IMG/VR virus record: IMGVR_UViG_3300032305_001973
Location: 1 to 61,613 of that record
Length of the DNA stretch: 61,613 nucleotides
Source of the DNA: a virus
Taxonomy: Duplodnaviria; Caudoviricetes
Strand: one strand, 5' to 3'
Shown: positions 36,958-44,913 of the stretch, piece by piece
Layout of the letters: every line of letters starts with the position of its first letter
Numbering within the stretch: position 1 is the first letter of the stretch
Notes under the pieces: generated by a model
Database searches by the model: none
What the model was told of the DNA's origin: nothing
The model's input: only the letters and a program-made list of their open reading frames with translations
Program-made: the position numbers and the translations under genes

Positions 36958-37587
36958 ATGGCATTTCGCCGCTTTGAGCTAACGCTTGAGGGCACACGCC
37001 CGCTTATCTGCAGTAACCCCTGCACCGTTGATCCACTAGGCCCCCACGCCGAAGCGATCAAGTATTTCACCGGCCTTAAGAAAAACCGCAATGAACACGC
37101 CCTGAGGAGACTGCATTGGCTGTTCTCCGGCTACTGGGGAACCGAGGGCACATTTACCTACGGGCCCAGCTTGGATGGTGATTCCAAGTTCAGTGGCTTT
37201 GCTAAGCCACTCATGCCTGCTCAGAACCTGCAGCGCTGCATCCGCGATGGTGCCACGGCATGGAAGCTGGGCAAGGACACCAAGCGGGCGATCGTTGTTG
37301 AGGTTGACGCACCGCTCGCTTACGACGGTCCCACCGATGCCGAGCTGATGTACGACGACCCGCGCTTTGCCTCAATCGCTCCTACAGGCAGGGGCACTAT
37401 GGCAGTGCGGGTAAGGCTTCCCCAGTGGAGCGCTACCTATCGGCTCCTAGTGAACGACGAGATCATTGATCCCACCACGCTGGCAAAGATCTTGGATCGT
37501 GCTGGCATTGCCGAAGGCCTCGGCACTTGGCGCCCCATGCACGGTCGCTTTCAGGTGCTGCAGCTAGAAGAGATTGAGGTGGCCTGA
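36958..37587 (+). CDS. Stand-alone Cas7/RAMP-like protein, locus 2
   Basis: Start MAFRRFELTLEGTRPL (AAGAGGA upstream), MPAQNLQRCIRDGA, RVRLPQW, Gly loop AGIAEGLGTWRPMHGRF; same motif order as 1879..2514. Confidence 0.75.
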   Translation: MAFRRFELTLEGTRPLICSNPCTVDPLGPHAEAIKYFTGLKKNRNEHALRRLHWLFSGYWGTEGTFTYGPSLDGDSKFSGFAKPLMPAQNLQRCIRDGATAWKLGKDTKRAIVVEVDAPLAYDGPTDAELMYDDPRFASIAPTGRGTMAVRVRLPQWSATYRLLVNDEIIDPTTLAKILDRAGIAEGLGTWRPMHGRFQVLQLEEIEVA

Positions 37588-38099
37588 TGAAAGACCCCAA
37601 GATTGCTTCAATCGACGCTTACCGCCTTTACAAGGGCCAGACCATTTCGGCCGATGTTGTCTGGGAGCACTTCGCAAATCGACGACCCGACACCGTGGCC
37701 AGTTGGGTCATGGAGCACGGGGACGAGGCGCTGGCTAGGGCTGCTCGAATGCCTCAGGTTCTGCTTCAGGTTCGTGGCTGGCTAGACCGTGATCGCAGCA
37801 AGGCGGAGCTTCCGCCGCTGGTGATGAACACGGCCGGCGGCGCCATCAACGTTCTCACCGATGACAAGGCCTCAACCTACCTGAACGATCAGGCGTTCCA
37901 AGGGTTGCGCCGTCACCAGCGGGCATCCACTCGGCTTGTTGCCGCCGTAGATGAATCCAAGCTGACCGGTGCCGCACGTCGTGAGCATCAGAACAGGATC
38001 AACGTTCACAGCTTCATTGCTGCGTCTGCTCAAGGTGCCCAGCGCCAGCTTCGGCTGCTGAAGCAGAACGGGAAAAGGGCGCCACAGCTGGAGGGCTGA
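37587..38099 (+). CDS. Partner protein of RAMP locus 2
   Basis: 170 aa, TGATG-coupled to the RAMP gene, with arrays on both sides of the pair. Confidence 0.8.
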   Translation: MKDPKIASIDAYRLYKGQTISADVVWEHFANRRPDTVASWVMEHGDEALARAARMPQVLLQVRGWLDRDRSKAELPPLVMNTAGGAINVLTDDKASTYLNDQAFQGLRRHQRASTRLVAAVDESKLTGAARREHQNRINVHSFIAASAQGAQRQLRLLKQNGKRAPQLEG

Positions 38100-38136
38100 T
38101 GACCTGGGCATCCGCAAGGTGTAAGTCCTAGGTCGG

Positions 38137-38473
38137 CGCTACTCCCCGCACAACCGCGCTACGCCCTGCATAACAGCGCTACGCCCCGCACAGGGGGCCT
38201 CATCCGAGGCCCCACACCCCACCACCGAGCCCAATGCTCTCTGGTGGGCTGATGCCTACCACTGCGCCCCTCTCTGCGCAGCACCGCAACGCAATCCCGC
38301 TTAGCGCAGCGCGCCGCATCGCACAGGGGGTCCAGCAATGGGCCCCACACCTCACCGCTGAGCCATTGGTTCTCCGGTGGGCTGTTGTCCACCACCCAGC
38401 CCCGCTACGTAGCGCTGCGCCTCGCGCCGCGACGCACCGCTCCGCACTGCACAGGGGCCCCTTTTTGGGGCCC
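38137..38473 (+). repeat. CGC-NN pentamer array, three units each closed by an ACAGGGG hairpin; putative guide RNAs
   Basis: Example: AGCCC CGCTA CGTAG CGCTG CGCCT CGCGC CGCGA CGCAC CGCTC CGCAC TGCAC AGGGGCCCC-TTTTT-GGGGCCC. Linkers read ACACCYCACC...GAGCC...CTCYGGTGGGCT. Confidence 0.88.
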
Positions 38474-38527
38474 ACCTCCATCATTCGCTGACGCCCCGGA
38501 AATCTGCCGCAACACTGCCCGCCCGCC

Positions 38528-38746
38528 ATGGAAGCCCGCTCCTGCCCACGCTGCGGCGCTCGCTGGCTAGGCGAGCAGCTGTAGTGGGCCACCGGCAAGA
38601 AGGCCTCAGAGCTTGATCTGGCGGGCCTTGTCTGCAACATGGTCAACGACCCCGCCTGCATCAACCCGTGCAAGGGCCGCGAAGGTGGCGACACCTGGGC
38701 CGAGCGCATGGAGCGCGTCAGTCAGCTGTTTGGCGCTGAGGCATAA
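38528..38746 (+). pseudogene. Small Cys-rich phage protein interrupted by an in-frame TAG
   Basis: MEARSCPRCGARWLGEQL*WATGKKASELDLAGLVCN...CINPCKGREGGDTW...; TAG at 38582-38584. Confidence 0.6.
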
Positions 38747-38754
38747 AGGGCAGT

Positions 38755-38778
38755 AAAAAGCCCCGGCAGTACCGGGGC
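38755..38778 (-). terminator. Intrinsic terminator after the major tail gene
   Basis: Minus strand GCCCCGG-TACTG-CCGGGGC-TTTTT. Confidence 0.75.
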
Positions 38779-38819
38779 AGCGTCAATTCAACTATCCGGG
38801 ATTTCCAGATAGTTGCCGA

Positions 38820-39653
38820 TCAGAGCAGATCGAGGCCCACCTTGCCGTAGCCGGCCAGGCTCACCTTGAACTTGATTACCCCACCGGCTGGCTGGTCCGG
38901 CTGGTAGTTCTCAAAGAACCCGTAGCCGTATTCGACCTGTTTGCCGTTGTTGGGGCCGATGACGGCGTACTTTGCCATCAGCTTCTCGGTGACGTTGTAC
39001 TCCTCACAGAAGCGCATGGCCCGCCAGGCAGGATCGGCGTAGTTCATTGCACCTTCCAAGGCCCAGTCCTTAGAGCGCCCGGTAGGAATCGGGGTGTCGT
39101 AGGAGCCTGCCTCATCGTCGTAGATGGTGATGCTCTCCTTCTTGGTGCTGTTGCTGGGCTGGAGGTTGCTGAGGCCCAGCAGGCGGAACGGGGCATCGGT
39201 GCCATCCAGCAGCAAGCTGGGGGCCACCACGCCAGCCAAGACGGCGGCAGAGGTGACGTTAGTGCCGGTCAGGGCATAGGTCAGGGTGAACGGACTGGCA
39301 GTGGTCACCGAAGCCACCACGAACGAGCCGTTGAGGCTGGTGAAGGGAGAAGGGAGATCGCTCACAGCGATCCGCTTGCCCACCGTGATGCCATGGGCCG
39401 CTGCGAAGGTCAGGGTGACCACGTTGGAGGCCAGGGCGGCATTGGTGATCGCCTTGGTGCCCACACCCAGCGCAAAAGTGTCACCGGTTCCGGCGGTGAT
39501 CACCGTGGCGGTGGAGCTTTGCAGCGTGGACGGGTCAATGAACTTGCCGGTGCCGAGGCCACCCAGCGCAACTTGAGTCAGGTCCACCGAAGCTGACTTC
39601 AGCGGCACGAAATAAAACCTGAACCCGTAAGCCTGTTCCCACGTTTGGGCCAT
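38820..39653 (-). CDS. Major tail tube protein with an inserted beta module
   Basis: LLGLSNLQPS...YDDEAGSYDTPIPTGRSKDWALEG...YGYGFFENYQPDQPAGGVIKFKVSLAGYG. Confidence 0.8.
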   Translation of the reverse strand: MAQTWEQAYGFRFYFVPLKSASVDLTQVALGGLGTGKFIDPSTLQSSTATVITAGTGDTFALGVGTKAITNAALASNVVTLTFAAAHGITVGKRIAVSDLPSPFTSLNGSFVVASVTTASPFTLTYALTGTNVTSAAVLAGVVAPSLLLDGTDAPFRLLGLSNLQPSNSTKKESITIYDDEAGSYDTPIPTGRSKDWALEGAMNYADPAWRAMRFCEEYNVTEKLMAKYAVIGPNNGKQVEYGYGFFENYQPDQPAGGVIKFKVSLAGYGKVGLDLL

Positions 39654-39740
39654 GATCGTTCCGGCGCTGCCGGTGCGTTACCTCGCAGGTTCCCGTCACG
39701 GCTTAAGCCTTCTCAGCGGCTTAGCCGGGAAAGCTGAGGC

Positions 39741-40004
39741 ATGGCTTCCTACCCTCGCGGCGTTTCCCACTGTCCCCATAACGCACGGCGCCCATATCAG
39801 GCTCGCGCGTGGTGGGCCGGAAGGCGCTGGAGCCTGGGTTACTTCACGTCGATTCAGGCGGCAGCGCAGGCGGTGGAGGATTGCTATCGCCAGATCGAAC
39901 GATGGGCAGCCATGAACCTGCCGCCGCCCATGCTGGCGCTGCAGCATCGGGAGCGGGTGGCACCTGCAGGGTCACCAGCTGCTGCGGATCATCCGCAAGC
40001 CTGA
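39741..40004 (+). CDS. Stand-alone AP2-domain-like protein
   Basis: YPRGVS...PYQARAWWAGRRWSLGYFTSIQAAAQA follows the AP2 pattern; preceded by GCCGGGAAAGCTGAGGC-ATG. Confidence 0.65.
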   Translation: MASYPRGVSHCPHNARRPYQARAWWAGRRWSLGYFTSIQAAAQAVEDCYRQIERWAAMNLPPPMLALQHRERVAPAGSPAAADHPQA

Positions 40005-40539
40005 AGGTGCGCTCCTGTCCCGCTGCGGTGTCTTCCGCCAGCAGCAGCCCCCGCCAGCCGTCTTGATGTTCCACCGGGGCGAGCAAGAGGGCATCGTTTG
40101 CCAGCAGGGCCAGCAGTGAGGGCGGTGGTGTCCCCTCCCCGGCGGTGACCAGAGCGTCGTAGAAGGCCATAGCGAACCCTGGCACCTGGCGTTGCTCGCA
40201 TAGGGCCAGCATTGCCGCACCGGCTGCAGCAGGGGGCCCCTCGGCTGCGTCCTGATTCTTGGGCGGCAGGAACCAGCAGAACTCCTCCATCGTGAACGGC
40301 TCGCGGCGCTTCTCGGTGTCCCGGTGAGCGCTGGCATACCAGGCGTGGAAGTTGGCAATCGGCCGCTCTGCCGCGTGCAGCCTCTCCCTCAGCAGGCGGG
40401 TTCCTTGGTCGAGCGCTTCCCAGATCGTGGCTTCGGGGCACCAGGCGAAGTGCTCACTGGTGAAGGCGTGGTGACGGGGCCAGAGGTCGTTGAGCTGCCA
40501 GAAGATGGCTCCCCAGTCGGTGGGAGGTTGGGCTTTCCC
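39844..40539 (-). CDS. -1 frameshift extension of the tail assembly chaperone (lambda gpGT-like)
   Basis: The frame is open from GGGAAAG (40539-40533) into track ORF 39844..40290. Confidence 0.75.
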   Translation of the reverse strand, partial: GKAQPPTDWGAIFWQLNDLWPRHHAFTSEHFAWCPEATIWEALDQGTRLLRERLHAAERPIANFHAWYASAHRDTEKRREPFTMEEFCWFLPPKNQDAAEGPPAAAGAAMLALCEQRQVPGFAMAFYDALVTAGEGTPPPSLLALLANDALLLAPVEHQDGWRGLLLAEDTAAGQERTFRLADDPQQLVTLQVPPAPDAAAPAWAAAGSWLPIVRSGDSNPPPPALPPEST

Positions 40540-41093
40540 AGGCTGTCGGCCATCAGCTGCAGTGTGGCCGCAGGATCAGCCGGTGCAGCGCCGCCGCGTT
40601 GCTCGCGCAACATGAAGGCATAGATGGCATTGCGGAGCCCCTCGGTCAGGTTGCGAGTTTCGTCGTCGGTCCATTTGGCGCAGTCGGGATCCACCTTGCC
40701 TAGCCGGTAGACGATCGCAGCGGTGACCAGCCGAGTGACCTGGGCCTCGTTCTGAGCTGACAGGCGGTTGTCAATCTCGCGGATTAGCCGGTGCTCACGC
40801 TGGCGGATGAAGTCTTCCTTGGGCTCCAGCACCACGGGGATCCCGATGTGGCGGGCCATCAGGCGAGAGGCCGTCAACTTGGCGTCTTCCTCTGGTAGCT
40901 CGTCCATCTCTTGGATGATGCGGGCCAGCCGGTGGGTCTGCTCGTTGACCGTGCTCTGGTAGTCGATCTCGTCGAGCATCATCCGCTCCCCAGCCAGCAG
41001 GCTTTTGAACACGGGAAACTCCAGGATGCCGGTGGTCTCGTCTCCCACCTGCTCGACCCGGATCTCTGGCGCGGTGACAAAGGGAAGCGGCAC
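40389..41093 (-). CDS. Tail assembly chaperone (lambda gpG-like)
   Basis: Contains the slippery G-GGA-AAG at the Gly-Lys codons. Confidence 0.75.
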   Translation of the reverse strand: MPLPFVTAPEIRVEQVGDETTGILEFPVFKSLLAGERMMLDEIDYQSTVNEQTHRLARIIQEMDELPEEDAKLTASRLMARHIGIPVVLEPKEDFIRQREHRLIREIDNRLSAQNEAQVTRLVTAAIVYRLGKVDPDCAKWTDDETRNLTEGLRNAIYAFMLREQRGGAAPADPAATLQLMADSLGKPNLPPTGEPSSGSSTTSGPVTTPSPVSTSPGAPKPRSGKRSTKEPAC

Positions 41094-41127
41094 GGGTCAG
41101 CCTGACCGAACGGCTTAGCTTTCCGGC

Positions 41128-41568
41128 TTATGACCCCGCCACCGCCCTCTGGATGCGTTGCTGCAGCTTCCGGCCAAGCGGGAACACCGGGATTCCCGAT
41201 ACCTGCACCGTGCCCCTGACCGCATCAGTCCAGGGCCTGGCCGGGAGGATGGTGCCATTGCGGAGGCGGGCGCCTTCATGCACGGCGGTGGCGTAGTCAA
41301 CGCTCCAGCGGGCCTCCAGAACGTAGGGATTGGGCGAGGAATAGGCAAATGACTGGCGAAGGGTGCCGATGTCCACGATGTTGCGCGGGCTCCCGACGGT
41401 TCCGACTCGACGCTTTGTTTCCCGTGGCCACTGCCAAGCCTGTTTATCAAATGAAGTCTGATACTTGTTGATCAGCTCAGCAAACGTGTCCTGCACGATT
41501 CCCGCCAGCATCTGGTTCATCTCTCCAGGGCCGGGGCCGGTCACCGTGGTTTCTACCCGGATGCTCAT
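41128..41568 (-). CDS. HK97 gp10-like tail completion protein
   Basis: RNIVDIGTLRQS...YATAVHEG...ARPW. Confidence 0.7.
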   Translation of the reverse strand: MSIRVETTVTGPGPGEMNQMLAGIVQDTFAELINKYQTSFDKQAWQWPRETKRRVGTVGSPRNIVDIGTLRQSFAYSSPNPYVLEARWSVDYATAVHEGARLRNGTILPARPWTDAVRGTVQVSGIPVFPLGRKLQQRIQRAVAGS

Positions 41569-41571
41569 GGT

Positions 41572-42039
41572 TCAGATTGCAGTGAACAGTGCCGCCTTGA
41601 ACTTGTCCCCTAGTGCCTCGCGTAGCTCGCTGCCGATCCCGCCGACCCCAAAGGGAAACTCCAGGATGCGCAGCTGCCCCTGTTCGGCACCATCGGCCAA
41701 CGTGGGCAGCACGGTGAGGTCAGTGAGCACCGCCTGCCCGGTGGCCCCTGGTAGCATCCCAGCGGGCCTGTAACCCGTCTCATCCCACGTGAGCGAAGCA
41801 CCGGCCACTAGCCAGCTCGCGGAGCCCAGCAGCGCCCAGCGGGTGATGAAGCCCTCCAGGATCAGCGAGCCTGCCTTTACCCCCGGTAGATCCTGCTCGC
41901 TCCTGCCCTTGGGCTTGGCAAAGGCTTCAACCACCACCGCAGGGCCAGCCGCAGGCACCCCCGCACGGAAGTTCGTGATCGTCCCCGGCGGTTGCCACAC
42001 CATCCGCAGGTTGGCGTATTCGGCGAAGTCGGTAGCCAT
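41572..42039 (-). CDS. Head-tail joining protein (putative)
   Basis: Position and size. Confidence 0.6.
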   Translation of the reverse strand: MATDFAEYANLRMVWQPPGTITNFRAGVPAAGPAVVVEAFAKPKGRSEQDLPGVKAGSLILEGFITRWALLGSASWLVAGASLTWDETGYRPAGMLPGATGQAVLTDLTVLPTLADGAEQGQLRILEFPFGVGGIGSELREALGDKFKAALFTAI

Positions 42040-42533
42040 CAGCTACGAACCAGCAGCGTCATTCCGCTGCCGCTGCCGCTGACCGGCTGGATCCCCAACG
42101 TCTGGAAGATCCGCTCTTTTAAGGACTCCATACGTCCGCCGAGCACGGCGCCTGCCGTCCCACCAGCGCCGCCCGATTCGTACTTCACCCGCAGCAGGCT
42201 GGTATCCCATTCCAGTACATCGGCCTTCTTCTTGAGGTCCTCGCGGCTCAGGGTCTCTCCAGGGGTTGGGCCTTCGTAGCTCGCTGCATTGCCGAGGTGC
42301 GCCGTCCCGATCTCCACCTTCTCCGCGTAGTCCGCTTCCAGGTTCTCGATCTCGTCGATCCATCGTTGCACCTGGGTTACGGCAGCAGTGGAGGTGATTG
42401 CCACCCGGTTGAGGATCGCCGTTAGCTCGGTGAGGTTGGTCACCGACAAGGGCCAGCCCGCATATCCCCGGATCAGCTCACGATCATCCCTTGGGGTGAT
42501 CCGCCACAGGCTGTTCAGGACGGGGATGGTCAT
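42039..42533 (-). CDS. Head-tail adaptor (putative)
   Basis: Helical 164 aa with KKADVLEW motif; first gene of the neck operon. Confidence 0.6.
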   Translation of the reverse strand: MTIPVLNSLWRITPRDDRELIRGYAGWPLSVTNLTELTAILNRVAITSTAAVTQVQRWIDEIENLEADYAEKVEIGTAHLGNAASYEGPTPGETLSREDLKKKADVLEWDTSLLRVKYESGGAGGTAGAVLGGRMESLKERIFQTLGIQPVSGSGSGMTLLVRS

Positions 42534-42621
42534 GGCAACGGACGATCTAGCCCAGGTTTCCAGGAAACCTCAGGCAGTCAGCGGTGACCCCGTGTACAAC
42601 GACAAAGCAGGCAAGGGCTCC

Positions 42622-42711
42622 ATGGCCACGGGCAAGGCTGGCAAGGGCAAAAAGCAGGCCATGCCGAAGAAGCCGAAGCCAGCCAAGGGCGGTGGCATGA
42701 AGGCGAAGTGA
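42622..42711 (+). CDS. Lys-rich micropeptide
   Basis: MATGKAGKGKKQAMPKKPKPAKGGGMKAK*, downstream of a GGAAACCT motif. Confidence 0.45.
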   Translation: MATGKAGKGKKQAMPKKPKPAKGGGMKAK

Positions 42712-43020
42712 TCAGTCAGGGGCCAGCCAGCTCCTGATGCGCTCTTCCCTCGCGGCTGTGTGGAACCGCTGCGCGTGATACCAGGCCCACACATCACAGT
42801 GGTTCTTTGACACGTTGCACTCTGCGCAGGCCGGGACAAGGTTGCCCCTAACGGTCATCCCGCCCTTGACCTTGGGGATCACGTGGTCGAGCGTGATCTT
42901 CTCAGGCTCGCACCCGCAGTAGGCGCAGGCACCATCCCATGAATCGATGATCTCCCGTCTGAAGCTGTTTTTTGTGACACGTTTGGAAACAAGCTGAGAT
43001 CCTTCAATCCGATAGGACAC
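42712..43020 (-). CDS. HNH endonuclease
   Basis: CAYCG...TLDHVIPKVKGG...NLVPACAECNVSK. Confidence 0.9.
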   Translation of the reverse strand: MSYRIEGSQLVSKRVTKNSFRREIIDSWDGACAYCGCEPEKITLDHVIPKVKGGMTVRGNLVPACAECNVSKNHCDVWAWYHAQRFHTAAREERIRSWLAPD

Positions 43021-43023
43021 GTG

Positions 43024-44169
43024 TTACTCGGTGAAGACCGGGAATGAACCAACGAACCCCAAGCGGCTGTGCAGGAACCTCATACCCTGCTGCGGTCGCT
43101 CGGGCCTATAGCCCTGGCGGTGGCCATAGGGGGCGCAACCGGGAAGGCTGCCGTTACCGGTGGCCCTGCCGAAGCTCAACGTATGAAAATGGCCGTGAAA
43201 GGTGTTATTGGCTGGGATGCTTTGATCCAGGTTTTTTACGTGCTTGTCAACATTCCATAGCGGGCCAGCAGCGCCGCCGTTGTACTTCACCGAATCACCG
43301 TGGAAGAACCTGATCCGCTTGTCGTAAACATCTAGGTAAAGGCAGTCGGCATCGGCGATCTGCCACACCAGACGCGACTGATCCCTGTAGTGCCTCCTGA
43401 GGTTGTGATACATCAAATGAGCAAAGCTGTTCTCAGTGGCGTTGCTCTGCTGCTTCTTAGTGGTCCGGTCATGGTTGCCCACGTTGCAGGGCACCATGAT
43501 CCGCTCCAGATCGGAATGGGCCAACAGGTAGTCAAAGCCCCGCACTAGGGCCAACTGACACCGCACGATCTGCTGAGTAGTGGTCAGGGTTTGGTTCTGC
43601 ACGGCGTCATTGTGCAGCTCCCCTTCAATCATGTCCCCACCCAGCCAGACCACACCCTCGCGGATGGTCATGGTGTTGCGCTGGCCGTTGATGATCTTGA
43701 GGGCATTGCGGAACACCGCATCTAGCCGGTCGTCAAAGATGTCCGGGTTGAACTCGTTAAGATCGTTCACCGCTGATGGCTTGACCACCATTCCGCAGTG
43801 AATATCACTGATCATCAGAATCGGTGCCGCCTCCTCCCTCTCGGGATCTCCCGGTGGCTCGATGGTCCCCTGATCGAAAATGTCCCTGATCTCCAGGGCC
43901 GTGGTCAGGGCATCCTGCACCCTTTCCAGCTTGGCTAGGGCTCGCTCTGACGATGCCTTGGCATCCCTCGCCTCAGCCCTAAGCCTGCGAGCATCAAGCT
44001 GGAGGGCTAGCAGCTCTTCAGAGGTGTCCGATCGTTTGCCATTCGGGCACATGCCCGGCTTACAAAAGGGGCGGCGGGTTCCGGCCTCGTCGCGCCATTC
44101 AATGGCGCTCTCTTCAATCCATTCCCGGCAGGAGCCGTTGCGGCGGCATTGGAATGTGCGCTCAGCCAT
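43024..44169 (-). CDS. Calcineurin-like metallophosphoesterase with N-terminal Cys cluster and coiled coil
   Basis: SDIH, GGDMIEG, GNHDR, HGD, GHFH. Confidence 0.8.
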   Translation of the reverse strand: MAERTFQCRRNGSCREWIEESAIEWRDEAGTRRPFCKPGMCPNGKRSDTSEELLALQLDARRLRAEARDAKASSERALAKLERVQDALTTALEIRDIFDQGTIEPPGDPEREEAAPILMISDIHCGMVVKPSAVNDLNEFNPDIFDDRLDAVFRNALKIINGQRNTMTIREGVVWLGGDMIEGELHNDAVQNQTLTTTQQIVRCQLALVRGFDYLLAHSDLERIMVPCNVGNHDRTTKKQQSNATENSFAHLMYHNLRRHYRDQSRLVWQIADADCLYLDVYDKRIRFFHGDSVKYNGGAAGPLWNVDKHVKNLDQSIPANNTFHGHFHTLSFGRATGNGSLPGCAPYGHRQGYRPERPQQGMRFLHSRLGFVGSFPVFTE

Positions 44170-44172
44170 GGC

Positions 44173-44361
44173 TCAAGCCAGCCTCTGCAGCCAGACCCGA
44201 GCACCTACGCCAATGGACCGCTCCAACATGCTCACGACCTTGTGGGCGGTGCGTTGCGGCAGGTTCAGGGCCACATCACGCAGCACCTGGCGGGTGGCCT
44301 CTTCATCCCTGGCGCCAACGGTGGCGTGCAGGGTCAGGAACGCACGTAGATCAGGAGGCAT
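44173..44361 (-). CDS. Small hypothetical protein
   Basis: MPPDLRAFLTLHA..., abuts the next gene. Confidence 0.55.
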   Translation of the reverse strand: MPPDLRAFLTLHATVGARDEEATRQVLRDVALNLPQRTAHKVVSMLERSIGVGARVWLQRLA

Positions 44362-44498
44362 GAGGCCGTTGCGTTTCCTTAGCTTGCCGTAATGGCTTAG
44401 GAAACTGCAATGGCTTATGATGGGCGGGCCGGAGGGTTTCCTGTTCTGCGCAGGGACCGTTGTACCTCCGGCACCCCTTTCACCACCACCGACCGACC

Positions 44499-44876
44499 AT
44501 GCCTGAACCCGACTTTCGCTCCGCCCTGAAGCAGCTAGCCGACGCTGTTGACGGGTGGGAGATAGAGCCAGCAGCGGATGACCCGCTGGCCGTCGCCATG
44601 GATCACGCCCGCGAGGTACTGCGGGCCGCCGATGAAAGCGAGCGGCTGTCATCCGGGAGGCTGGTCAGCGAACGGCTAGACGACCTCCTCACTGAGGTCG
44701 AGCAAAGGGATCTTGAGCCTACTGAGGTCATTCTAGGCAGCCGTGCGTTTCAGCTTTATTGCAAAGAGAGGCACGTATACGCCCCAAGTGGAAGATTGCA
44801 CAGTGGCTACCATGGTCTTCCGGTAACCAAAAGCGACTCCGAAGCCGCTGAGTATGTTGCTATTGAATGCGGCTGA
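44499..44876 (+). CDS. Hypothetical protein; N-terminus paralogous to 55650..55925
   Basis: MPEPDFRSALKQLADAVDGWE. Confidence 0.65.
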   Translation: MPEPDFRSALKQLADAVDGWEIEPAADDPLAVAMDHAREVLRAADESERLSSGRLVSERLDDLLTEVEQRDLEPTEVILGSRAFQLYCKERHVYAPSGRLHSGYHGLPVTKSDSEAAEYVAIECG

Positions 44877-44913
44877 CGACACCACGCGACCAACCCACTT
44901 GCCACCACCACCG

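Noticed and set aside
38137-38191. Apparent self-target: NN string TA-CC-AC-CG / TA-CC-AT-AG resembles TAACCCACGCG (5979) and TAACCCATGCG (5066) when read with 1-nt gaps
   Set aside because: Only 7-8 informative bases match and the match does not extend, which is within chance for a genome this size. A systematic gapped search is needed.
38582-38584. Genome-wide TAG recoding
   Set aside because: Integrase, ssb, lysin and dcd end at TAG at sensible positions, and no suppressor tRNA is seen.
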